This document shows positions 1-8,016 of a stretch of DNA of 35,500 nucleotides, one piece after another. The DNA is from a bacterium (GTDB taxonomy: Bacteria > Electryoneota > Electryoneia > Electryoneales > Electryoneaceae). The notes beneath the pieces were generated by a model that was not told the origin of the DNA, searched no databases, and worked only from the letters and a program-made list of their open reading frames with translations. The DNA is taken from contig JAZDLX010000002.1 of NCBI GenBank assembly GCA_043801585.1, forward strand, positions 1-35,500, given 5' to 3'. The position numbers were made by a program, and so were the translations under genes. Position 1 is the first letter of the stretch; each line of letters starts with the position of its first letter.

Positions 1-2081
1 GGATTCGGATAGACCTGTTGAATGGTAAATACCTTGGGGAGCGACTGGCTGCCATCATCGACGCCCGTCGAATTGTCTTTATAGATTTTCAGCGAGTTAC
101 TGCTTCCGCTGGAGACTGTCTTCGAAGTCGTTGCCTCACCGTAGCTGTCGACGATGTAGACATAACCATTCTCATAGTCGAGACCGCGGGCATAACCGAA
201 TCCACTCAGCGATTGGTAGGCAATCACCGGATTTAATGGATCTACCACCGAGATCACGCTGAAACCCTGTCCCCCGTTTGTCATCAGGACCCGGTCATCT
301 GCGTACTCCATGTCCGTCGCGTACCAGGGTGCTACGGAAAGATCGGACAGAGCCGGGAATCCTGAACCAGCATCTGACAAGTTGTAAGTATGAAAAGTAA
401 AACCGTAGCCAAAAACATATGGGTCGCCATCCCCAACGATATATCTTGCATCCAAGTTGCTATTCTCCAGTTCAACTGGATACTGTGGAGTACTAACGTC
501 AAAGAGGAAGGCAGCAGTATCATCGACAAATAGAACCGCAACTCCATCAACGACTGAAACAGCCTGGACCTCGCTCGTCTGTCCACCTGGAGGAGGTATC
601 GTGGAAATCATCTCTGGAGAGTCGGGATTAGACACATCGAGAATCACCAATCCCCCGGTCAGGCATGCGAGGTAGGCAACCGAATCGACCACGGCAACAT
701 CGATAACTTGCGGATCGAATGCCATAAATGAACCGGGCATGTAGTCACCCCGTTCGATCGGGTTTTCTGGATTCGAAACATCATAGATGTGGAATCCATC
801 AACCCCATTCGCGACAAAGGCGTAATCTCCTTCGATTTCGATACACTTTGGATCGGTGTATTTAGTGAGAGTCCCTGTCTCGAATGGTGTTAAAGGATCG
901 TGCAGATCCAAGATGCGAATGCCGGCATTCTCCTGCAGCAGATACCCGTACGAACCGATTACCGCAATATCCATTAAAAGACCACCAGGTGAATACCTTG
1001 ATATTTCTTTTGGGGTTGATAAACTACTGCAATCATTTACTGTGATTGCAGAATTTTCGAATGCAAGATACAAACGTGAATCATAACGCTTTAATTGATA
1101 CAAAGTAGCATTGTAATGTTTTGTTAAAATGATTTCAGGCATTTCTACATTTGTAAAATCTATAATTCTTATCGAATCAGAAATACCACATGCAATTAAT
1201 GTATCATTACGAACAGTTCCATGATAAATTGAACTCCCAATATTATAATATCCTATTCGATCTATATTTTGCAAATCAGTAAGATCATAAACTTCAACAC
1301 TATCGTCTTGACAAAAGATATAAGCTTTATTTTCGTCTATCTCAATATCAGTAGCATACCAAGAATAATATTCTTCATCCCATAAAATTTGTAAAGTTGA
1401 TATTTCATTAATATTCCGTGGATCATTGATATTAAATACTTTAATACCATACATATCCATAAGAACAACTAAATAACATTCATATAATTCAAGATCAATT
1501 ATATTTGGATAATTAAAAGGTCGTCTATCATCAAATTCACTAAGAATATCAATTTGATTAAGAAGTATTGGATTTTCAGGACTTGATATATTATAGAATG
1601 ATAAGCCTAAATCATCTTCCATAATTACCAAAGTATCCTTTATAAGAATCTGCCTGTTGGGAATCGAAGGAATACATGACGTGATCACGGTTGGATTTTT
1701 CGGATTTGAGATATCGATGAAGTAATTCTTTTGGTCAATCCCGGTAACTACAGCCAGATCGCCCTGCACTGCCATTTGATCACCTTGTAATAGTTGATAA
1801 CCTGAAGAGAGAAATTCAGAAATATTTAGGTTAAGATGGCCAATCTCATGGATGTTGGACATGTCGCTCAAATCGAGTACATGAAATCCTGTCCCTCCTG
1901 CCGCGATGTATGCGTAGTCTCCCTGGACAATGAGGTCGCGAACATTACCCAACGGATCACATTCAAAGTGACTGACAAGGTCAAACCCGTCAGATGCAGT
2001 TGCAATTGAAGAATTGAACCAGGGAATCAACAGGAAAACGATAGAGAATACAATTAAAACTTCGCGACTATGGTGATTCAT
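1..2081 (-). CDS. Secreted LVIVD-repeat (beta-propeller) protein with the start of a T9SS type A/Por-secretion-like C-terminal sorting domain; 3'-truncated by the window edge
   Basis: Hand translation from ATG at 2081 (GGGGGA RBS at 2086-2091) is open to position 3 (693 codons). Signal peptide MNHHSREVLIVFSIVFLLIPWFNSSIATA; repeats such as VQGDYAYIAAGGTGFHVLDLSD, IEGDYAFVANGVDGFHIYDVSNPENP and VVDSVAYLACLTGGLVILDVSNPDSP; ends GVDDGSQSLPKVFTIQQVYPN(P). Absent from the ORF track because there is no stop in the window. Confidence 0.88.
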   Translation of the reverse strand, partial: MNHHSREVLIVFSIVFLLIPWFNSSIATASDGFDLVSHFECDPLGNVRDLIVQGDYAYIAAGGTGFHVLDLSDMSNIHEIGHLNLNISEFLSSGYQLLQGDQMAVQGDLAVVTGIDQKNYFIDISNPKNPTVITSCIPSIPNRQILIKDTLVIMEDDLGLSFYNISSPENPILLNQIDILSEFDDRRPFNYPNIIDLELYECYLVVLMDMYGIKVFNINDPRNINEISTLQILWDEEYYSWYATDIEIDENKAYIFCQDDSVEVYDLTDLQNIDRIGYYNIGSSIYHGTVRNDTLIACGISDSIRIIDFTNVEMPEIILTKHYNATLYQLKRYDSRLYLAFENSAITVNDCSSLSTPKEISRYSPGGLLMDIAVIGSYGYLLQENAGIRILDLHDPLTPFETGTLTKYTDPKCIEIEGDYAFVANGVDGFHIYDVSNPENPIERGDYMPGSFMAFDPQVIDVAVVDSVAYLACLTGGLVILDVSNPDSPEMISTIPPPGGQTSEVQAVSVVDGVAVLFVDDTAAFLFDVSTPQYPVELENSNLDARYIVGDGDPYVFGYGFTFHTYNLSDAGSGFPALSDLSVAPWYATDMEYADDRVLMTNGGQGFSVISVVDPLNPVIAYQSLSGFGYARGLDYENGYVYIVDSYGEATTSKTVSSGSSNSLKIYKDNSTGVDDGSQSLPKVFTIQQVYPN

Positions 2082-2313
2082 AGTGTCCCCCGATGATGAT
2101 TGTACCTAAGTTTATTTCACGGACAGACTATACTCAAGAAAAACTTTTCCTTTCCTGATTTCTACTACCTGCCAGTCTCCATAGGGTTTTCAACCTATCA
2201 ACCACAGAACTCTTTACATCGCTTAAAAGCACGCCCCCGGTGGTTCCGACCGGTGGCGCTTGGATCTGCTGTGTGCGGGGGTTGCCCCCCACAACCTTGT
2301 GTTCCCACATCAA

Positions 2314-2338
2314 GCCGGGTTCGGAGAACCCAGCCTAC
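2314..2338 (-). repeat. GTAG-type REP-like palindrome
   Basis: Minus strand GTAGGCTGGGTTCTCCGAACCCGGC: GTAG tetramer followed by a GGGTTC/GAACCC hairpin; similar architecture to the doublet at 34253-34312. Confidence 0.55.
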
Positions 2339-2377
2339 ACCACTCACCGAAAGGTGAGTAGGCTATGCTTTACAACG

Positions 2378-2408
2378 TGAAACCCGGGACTGAAGTCCCG
2401 GGCCACCC
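2378..2408. repeat. REP-like palindrome (empty allele), possible terminator role downstream of the SDR gene
   Basis: tgaaacccgggactgaagtcccgggccaccc, with a perfect CCCGGGACT/AGTCCCGGG stem; a second copy carrying an insertion lies at 34125-34167. Confidence 0.7.
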
Positions 2409-2415
2409 ATTACAA

Positions 2416-4161
2416 TTATCTCTTCGTCCGCTTGCCCTTGTCCACGTTGATGAAAATCCACGCCGCCATTTTGCCCGGGTTGATCTCCTGGTCCGGATCG
2501 AAGTAGTCCTCGTCGAAATCGTAGCGGCTCGATGTGTCCTCGGGGCTGCGCCGGTCCTTCTGCTGAACGAGGGCCGTGAACCAGTTGTCCCACTCCTTCA
2601 TGTGTGACGGACGCAGATCCACCCAGCCCTTGGCGCACCACGCTTCCAGCGATTCCGGTGTAACCTCGAACTCCTTCTTCACCGGATGGTGCGGAATCAA
2701 CAGCTTTGGTCCCCGGAGTAATGTTTTTCCGTCCGGCAGCAAAATCGGAATACCGACGCTGAGGATCGCACTGCGCAGTTTCGGGTGCGTTTTGAGCACC
2801 TCAACAGCCGCTTTCGCCATCTCGGTGGGCGCCGCCTCAACCGCGTTACGCATCGACGTATAAGCGTGGCGCAGCAGGTTGGCTTCATGGAGCAGTTTCG
2901 TCAGGCGCGGCGGACCGAGCAGTTCGAACGCCACCGATTCGTCCAGATCCATCCCTTCGGCCTGAGAGCGCTTCATCATCTGGCGCAGTTTGTTCAGCGC
3001 CACCTGACGCAGAACTCCCGCCCTATATGATGGTTCCATCACCGCACCGTCGAGAGCACCGATCACATCATGTCCGGAAGATCCGCCCATGATCTCCCAG
3101 ACCACATGCTGGGCGATCTCTTCGGGGGTGACAAATTCCATCTGCCCCACTTCGGTGATTGCGGTGAACTCGCCCTCGGAGAAGATCCCGTTCTCACCGG
3201 TGTCGATGTAGACCGAACGCAGTGTGTCGTTCTTCAACTCCCACGGTCCCTCGGAGAGATCGGTGTTGAGCGTCGTGTTCAAAGAAACCGCTTTATCCAA
3301 CGGCAGATCGAAACGCGGGAAGTTCTGTCCTTTCTTGCGGATTTCCCCAGCCTTGACGCCCTTCCAGGCGATGGCGGCGGCGGGTTTCACCTCCTTGACA
3401 AAAATCTCACGCACACTTCCATCGTCCTGTTGCAGCGGCGTACGCGCCATCAGCAGCAGCATCAGCGTCTGCGCGCCACCCATGGCGTTTTTCGTCAGCA
3501 GCACACGGCTGGGGCGGTCCTCGCTGTGTGTATAGGGGATGTTCAATCCCATCCCGCCAGTGCCGGTGGTGCCAACCTTGAGGTAACCGCGAACGTTTCC
3601 ATCGACGAGAGCGTTGTGGAGCACCTGGATGTGCCGGACGAGTTGAGGCGCGTTGAGGCTGGCAATCAAATCCTCGACCATGGTCACGAATTCATCATCC
3701 ACCGGTTTGCCCTTCGACCGGTCGAGTTTGTCGAGAACCAATTCGCTCTGTTCGTAAAGATCCTGGTAGGCGATGCCGGTGGCGGTGTTGACACAGTCGA
3801 TCACGATGTCGGGCTTGTGATGAACGATCTGATGATAGAGCGTAATCCGTCCGGCGACTGCCGGAGTCAGTGGATCGAGGATATCACGAATGAAGGTTTT
3901 GCGGCGCTGAGGGTCTTTGAGAAGTTCTTTCCGGGGGATGTCCTTGAAATCGGTGCGTACGAAAAGATCCCCCCAGTCCGGCGTGAATGTAACGCCATGA
4001 AACTCCTTTTTCAGGATATCACTGGCGGAAACCGCCTCATCCTCATTCAGGGAGGTGACGATTACGGTCTTTGCACCCTCTTCCGCGACTTTCCGACAGA
4101 CGGCCATTCCCACAAGACCAAAGCCGCCGAGCACCATTACCACCTTCCCCTTCAGATCCAT
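2416..4161 (-). CDS. Long short-chain-dehydrogenase-like (Rossmann-fold) protein of unknown substrate
   Basis: 581-aa ORF; N-terminal KGKVVMVLGGFGLVG nucleotide-binding motif; conserved-looking GTTGTGGMGLNIPYTHSE and DTGENG motifs; GAGG RBS upstream. Confidence 0.7.
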   Translation of the reverse strand: MDLKGKVVMVLGGFGLVGMAVCRKVAEEGAKTVIVTSLNEDEAVSASDILKKEFHGVTFTPDWGDLFVRTDFKDIPRKELLKDPQRRKTFIRDILDPLTPAVAGRITLYHQIVHHKPDIVIDCVNTATGIAYQDLYEQSELVLDKLDRSKGKPVDDEFVTMVEDLIASLNAPQLVRHIQVLHNALVDGNVRGYLKVGTTGTGGMGLNIPYTHSEDRPSRVLLTKNAMGGAQTLMLLLMARTPLQQDDGSVREIFVKEVKPAAAIAWKGVKAGEIRKKGQNFPRFDLPLDKAVSLNTTLNTDLSEGPWELKNDTLRSVYIDTGENGIFSEGEFTAITEVGQMEFVTPEEIAQHVVWEIMGGSSGHDVIGALDGAVMEPSYRAGVLRQVALNKLRQMMKRSQAEGMDLDESVAFELLGPPRLTKLLHEANLLRHAYTSMRNAVEAAPTEMAKAAVEVLKTHPKLRSAILSVGIPILLPDGKTLLRGPKLLIPHHPVKKEFEVTPESLEAWCAKGWVDLRPSHMKEWDNWFTALVQQKDRRSPEDTSSRYDFDEDYFDPDQEINPGKMAAWIFINVDKGKRTKR

Positions 4162-4236
4162 GCCTGCCTCAGGTTAGGGTACGTGATCACATGGTATCCG
4201 CGACGGATCGCGGCAAGTCGTGACAAAGATAACGAG

Positions 4237-4270
4237 AAAAAAAGACGCCCAAGCAATCTCTGAGGGCGTC
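4237..4270 (-). terminator. Rho-independent terminator after scpB
   Basis: Minus strand GACGCCC-TCAGAGATTGCTT-GGGCGTC followed by TTTTTTT, starting 17 nt after the scpB stop. Confidence 0.75.
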
Positions 4271-4287
4271 CAAAACTATTGTAAAAC

Positions 4288-5316
4288 TTACTCCTTGTCG
4301 TCTTTTTCGGGGTTTGCATCGGGGGTGCCTGACGGCGCCTCCTCTTCATCAGGCTCCGGTTCCACCGTTTCGTCCGCCCTCGACTCCTGTTGCATCACCG
4401 GAGCCTCTTCTTCATCGGGTTCCTCTTGATGAATCCCGTCCCGGTGCACCATGTCATCGGTCCTGTACGTCTCCTCTTCAACACCTTCGCCCGCACCTTT
4501 GAAGGGTCCGCTGCGCAGATGGTTTGCCGTGCCAGACTCGCCTTCCTCAAGTTCGCCGAAAATTTCTTCCGGCTTCGGGAGGCTTGCGAGGTCATCCAAT
4601 CCGAAATATTCGAGGAATTTTTCTGTCGTTGTATAAAGAATCGGACGCCCCGGAGCCTCTGCGCGCCCGGCGACTCTGATCAGTTCCCGCTCGAGAAGAT
4701 TGCGGATGACCGGGCTGCTGTCCACACCGCGCATCTGGTCCACTTCCGGGCGGCTGACAGGCTGACGGTAGGCGATGATCGACATCGTTTCGAGGCTGGC
4801 GCGCGAAAGGCGCCCTTTGATTTTGCCGCGAAGGTGACGGCGGATCACATCGGCGAATTCCGGACGAGTCGCGAGACGCCATCCCCCCGCGACACGCTGA
4901 ACGGTCAGGGCGCGTTCGTTCTCTGCGTACCATTCGTCGAGGGACTGGATGAGCAGCGGAACGTTTTTCGTCACCACGTCAGGAATCGACTCGTGCACCT
5001 CTTTGGCGTTCAAAGATTCCTCGGCTGCGAACAGGAGCGCCTCGAGCATCGGGAGCAAACGTCCGAGATCGAGCTCCTCGAAGTCCTGTTCGGGTTCGGA
5101 TTCCTGAACGGTTTCGTCGCTCTCTTCGGCAATCACCTCCGCTCCCCTGTTCTCATCCGTAAACGGTTCCTCGGCGGGATCGGGGTCAACGGTGTTGTCC
5201 ATGTCGGGTTCGTCCCCATCCATCTCCGTACCGTTGGGCTCGATCTGTTCGGACTCCGTTTCGGACATCGAGTCCCGAGTGAGTTCGACTGGTTTTTCCG
5301 GTTGTTTTTTACTCAT
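4288..5316 (-). CDS. scpB: SMC-Scp complex subunit ScpB with acidic N- and C-terminal extensions
   Basis: LEALLFAAEE, VAGGWRLAT, LSRASLETMSIIAYRQPVSR, APGRPILYTTTEKFLEYFGL; 4-bp overlap with scpA. Confidence 0.95.
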   Translation of the reverse strand: MSKKQPEKPVELTRDSMSETESEQIEPNGTEMDGDEPDMDNTVDPDPAEEPFTDENRGAEVIAEESDETVQESEPEQDFEELDLGRLLPMLEALLFAAEESLNAKEVHESIPDVVTKNVPLLIQSLDEWYAENERALTVQRVAGGWRLATRPEFADVIRRHLRGKIKGRLSRASLETMSIIAYRQPVSRPEVDQMRGVDSSPVIRNLLERELIRVAGRAEAPGRPILYTTTEKFLEYFGLDDLASLPKPEEIFGELEEGESGTANHLRSGPFKGAGEGVEEETYRTDDMVHRDGIHQEEPDEEEAPVMQQESRADETVEPEPDEEEAPSGTPDANPEKDDKE

Positions 5317-6500
5317 CGATCATCTTCAATGTTGTCACGTTCGTCCGTCTCATCAGAATCCCGATCCTCGAAATCTTCGGGATTCTGCGGGACCTGAAAT
5401 TCTGATTCATCATCCAGCGTGTTGTCAGCCATATCCTCTGCGCCGACAAGAGGTTCAGCCTGTTTGCTCTCTTCTCCCCCGCCATCGCCACCTTTCAGCG
5501 CTTTCTCCGCCTCGAGTGCCGCCCGTCGGGCCTCACGGGCTTCCTGTTTCTCACGTTGCTGGGCCTCGAAGGATTCCATCTCGACGCGTGACTCTTCGTC
5601 AATTTTATCGCGACGTGCGCGGTCCTCCACGGTATCAACATCGCGCATCTCGGCGTCCGTTTCGGCGTCAAAGTGAGGCCCTCGCATCACCCAGATCTCA
5701 CCGAACAGTTCATCCTGTATGATTCTGATTCTGCGGTAACGGATCAGTTCGAGAATCGCAAGGAACGCGACCACGACCTCCAGGCGTTCGTTCAAACGTT
5801 CGGCAATTTCAGCGAATCCAAGGCCGTCTTTGTGACGGAGACGGCTGAGCAACATCGTGGACATGTCCTCGATGGTGAGGGTGAACATCGCGAGCTGGTG
5901 GACCGGTGTCTTGTCCACCCGGTTCTGAAGATCTCGAAACGCCTCGGCGAGAGTAACCAGGGTGATGTTCTTCAGAAGCTGTTCCGCAGGATCAATTTCT
6001 ATCTGCCCTGCAGCATTTCCCCTCGGGAAATAATCCCGCTGAACCTCCTCGCTGCGTGCGAGTTCACGGGCGGCAGCAACGATCTCACGGTACGCCTCTT
6101 CGAGCTCCTCATCACGTGCCACGATGGCGTCCAAGTCCTCGAGTTCCTCGTCCTCCTCGCGCGGAAGCAACGCTCGCACTTTCATGCGCACGAGAATCGC
6201 CGCAACGAGCAGCACCTCACCCGCGCCGTCGAGATCGAGGGCGGGATTCGAGCGGACGTAATCGAGAAAGTCCTGGGCAACCTGTCCGACAGGCAGTTCA
6301 ATCAGGTCAATGGAACGCTGCCGAACGACATAGAGCAGCAGGTCCATCGGTCCCTCATAAACGGGGACATGGACCTGAAACAGGGAGTCGGGACGGAACC
6401 CGTTCTCCTCCAGTTCCTCCACAAGCTGCGCCGGCTCGACTCCCTCGTCCTCCAGGAAGTCGCTGTCGGGCTGCTGCTGAATGTCGTCCTGATCGCTCAT
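5313..6500 (-). CDS. scpA: Segregation and condensation protein A (kleisin ScpA) with acidic C-terminal tail
   Basis: YEGPMDLLLYVV, KVRALLP, VVVAFLAILEL, QDELFGEI; directly upstream of scpB. Confidence 0.93.
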   Translation of the reverse strand: MSDQDDIQQQPDSDFLEDEGVEPAQLVEELEENGFRPDSLFQVHVPVYEGPMDLLLYVVRQRSIDLIELPVGQVAQDFLDYVRSNPALDLDGAGEVLLVAAILVRMKVRALLPREEDEELEDLDAIVARDEELEEAYREIVAAARELARSEEVQRDYFPRGNAAGQIEIDPAEQLLKNITLVTLAEAFRDLQNRVDKTPVHQLAMFTLTIEDMSTMLLSRLRHKDGLGFAEIAERLNERLEVVVAFLAILELIRYRRIRIIQDELFGEIWVMRGPHFDAETDAEMRDVDTVEDRARRDKIDEESRVEMESFEAQQREKQEAREARRAALEAEKALKGGDGGGEESKQAEPLVGAEDMADNTLDDESEFQVPQNPEDFEDRDSDETDERDNIEDDR

Positions 6501-6541
6501 GTCACTCTTGTTGAAAACAACGGTTTAAACACGTTGTTGCT

Positions 6542-7594
6542 TTACCCGATTTTCATTGCCTCGCGAACCTGCCTCATCGTTTCGCCCGCAACGATCCGGG
6601 CACGTTCCTCGCCGGATTGGAGCACCTTCAGCACCCCACTATCATTGTACTGAGCGCGCCGTTCCCGGAGAGGACGGAGATGTTCGTTCAGTTTTGCGGC
6701 GCAGTTCTGCTTGCAGGCGACGCATCCCAACGCCCCACTGCGGCAATCCGCTTCAATCTGGGGTATTTCGTCGGGGTTGAACTTCTGGTGATAGGTGAAC
6801 ACGTTGCAGATCTCCGGGCGCCCCGGATCGTTCTTGCGGACTTTCTGCGGGTCGGTGATCGCACCCATGATTGCCTTGACCGTTTCCTCTTCGCTGTCCG
6901 CCAGATAGATGGTATTCCCGAGGCTTTTGGACATGCGCCGTCCGTCCGGTCCGGGAAGGCGGCTGAATTTCGTCTCCTTCAGCACCACTCCCTCCGGCAC
7001 CGGGAAGACTTCTCCGAAACTCCTGTTGAACCGGCGAGCGATCTCCCGTGTGATCTCGATATGCGGAAGCTGATCCTCGCCGACGGGAACGGCGTTGCCC
7101 TTATACAGCAGGATGTCCGCCGATTGAAGCACAGGATAACCAAGGTGCCCATAGGTGATCAGGCTCATTTCGGTCGCTTCGTTTTCGGCAAGCTCCTCCC
7201 CCGCCAGCTCACGGGCGCGCAGACGCTCTTCCAGATCCCGCACCTGATCTTTCAGGGTCGGATTGCGTTGCAGGCGAGCAGTCGTTATCAGCATCGAGAA
7301 AACAAGGTGGAGTTCGGCATGTTCCTTGATCTGGCTCTGCCTGAACATCGGGCTTTTTTCCGGATCGATCCCCGCGGCAAGCCAGTCTTTGACCATTTCG
7401 AGGGTGTTGGGATAGATCTCGTCCGCATGCTCGTAGTCAGTCGTCAGCACATGCCAGTCGGCTACGAGGTGGTAGTTTTCGTACTCACCCTGCATCCGCA
7501 CCCAATTCTCGAGTGCGCCAACGTAGTTGCCCAAATGGAGGCGCCCCGAAGGGCGCATACCGGAAAGAACCCGTTTCCTGCTGGCGGTGGTCAT
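6542..7594 (-). CDS. trpS: Tryptophanyl-tRNA synthetase
   Basis: SGMRPSGRLHLGNY (HIGH), YPVLQSADIL, VPVGEDQ, RMSKS (KMSKS). Start placed at ATG 7594; the ORF track start 7627 is an alternative. Confidence 0.96.
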   Translation of the reverse strand: MTTASRKRVLSGMRPSGRLHLGNYVGALENWVRMQGEYENYHLVADWHVLTTDYEHADEIYPNTLEMVKDWLAAGIDPEKSPMFRQSQIKEHAELHLVFSMLITTARLQRNPTLKDQVRDLEERLRARELAGEELAENEATEMSLITYGHLGYPVLQSADILLYKGNAVPVGEDQLPHIEITREIARRFNRSFGEVFPVPEGVVLKETKFSRLPGPDGRRMSKSLGNTIYLADSEEETVKAIMGAITDPQKVRKNDPGRPEICNVFTYHQKFNPDEIPQIEADCRSGALGCVACKQNCAAKLNEHLRPLRERRAQYNDSGVLKVLQSGEERARIVAGETMRQVREAMKIG

Positions 7595-8016
7595 TGCGTC
7601 TCTTCCCCGGTCCCGTGAAACATTCAAGAGTTCGTGAAACAGGCACGGCCAGGCGGGTCACCGTCCTGCCGTGCGGATGGGGTGCAAAATACGCCCGCAC
7701 CTGCACGTGAGCAAGGTGGATACCGTTTTCAATCCCTCAAAGGTTCCGGAATCCAAGGAGGAGAATTCTACCGATCTTGCCACGCTGGTGAAGCGTGCCT
7801 GATGCACGATCATTCCCGGATACGATTTAAGCTTTTGCCGATTTCATGTCTTCTTTTGGTAACTTACGTAATTACAGTATCTTGTATTTTCTTTTTGAAA
7901 TAACATTTTTCATGGCCCAACCCTTGTCCAATCATTGTTCCAACAGGAATCACGGGTCTATATTCGGCGTATTGTCAACTGCACGGTTACTCTCCACACG
8001 TACGAGGAACATAGCG

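Noticed and set aside
18..1086. Short ORF-track entries at the window start
   Set aside because: All overlap the 693-codon LVIVD gene on the minus strand.
7640..7900. Possible T-box or attenuator upstream of trpS
   Set aside because: Only a GC-rich hairpin (about 7643-7675); no T-box consensus or Trp-rich leader peptide found.
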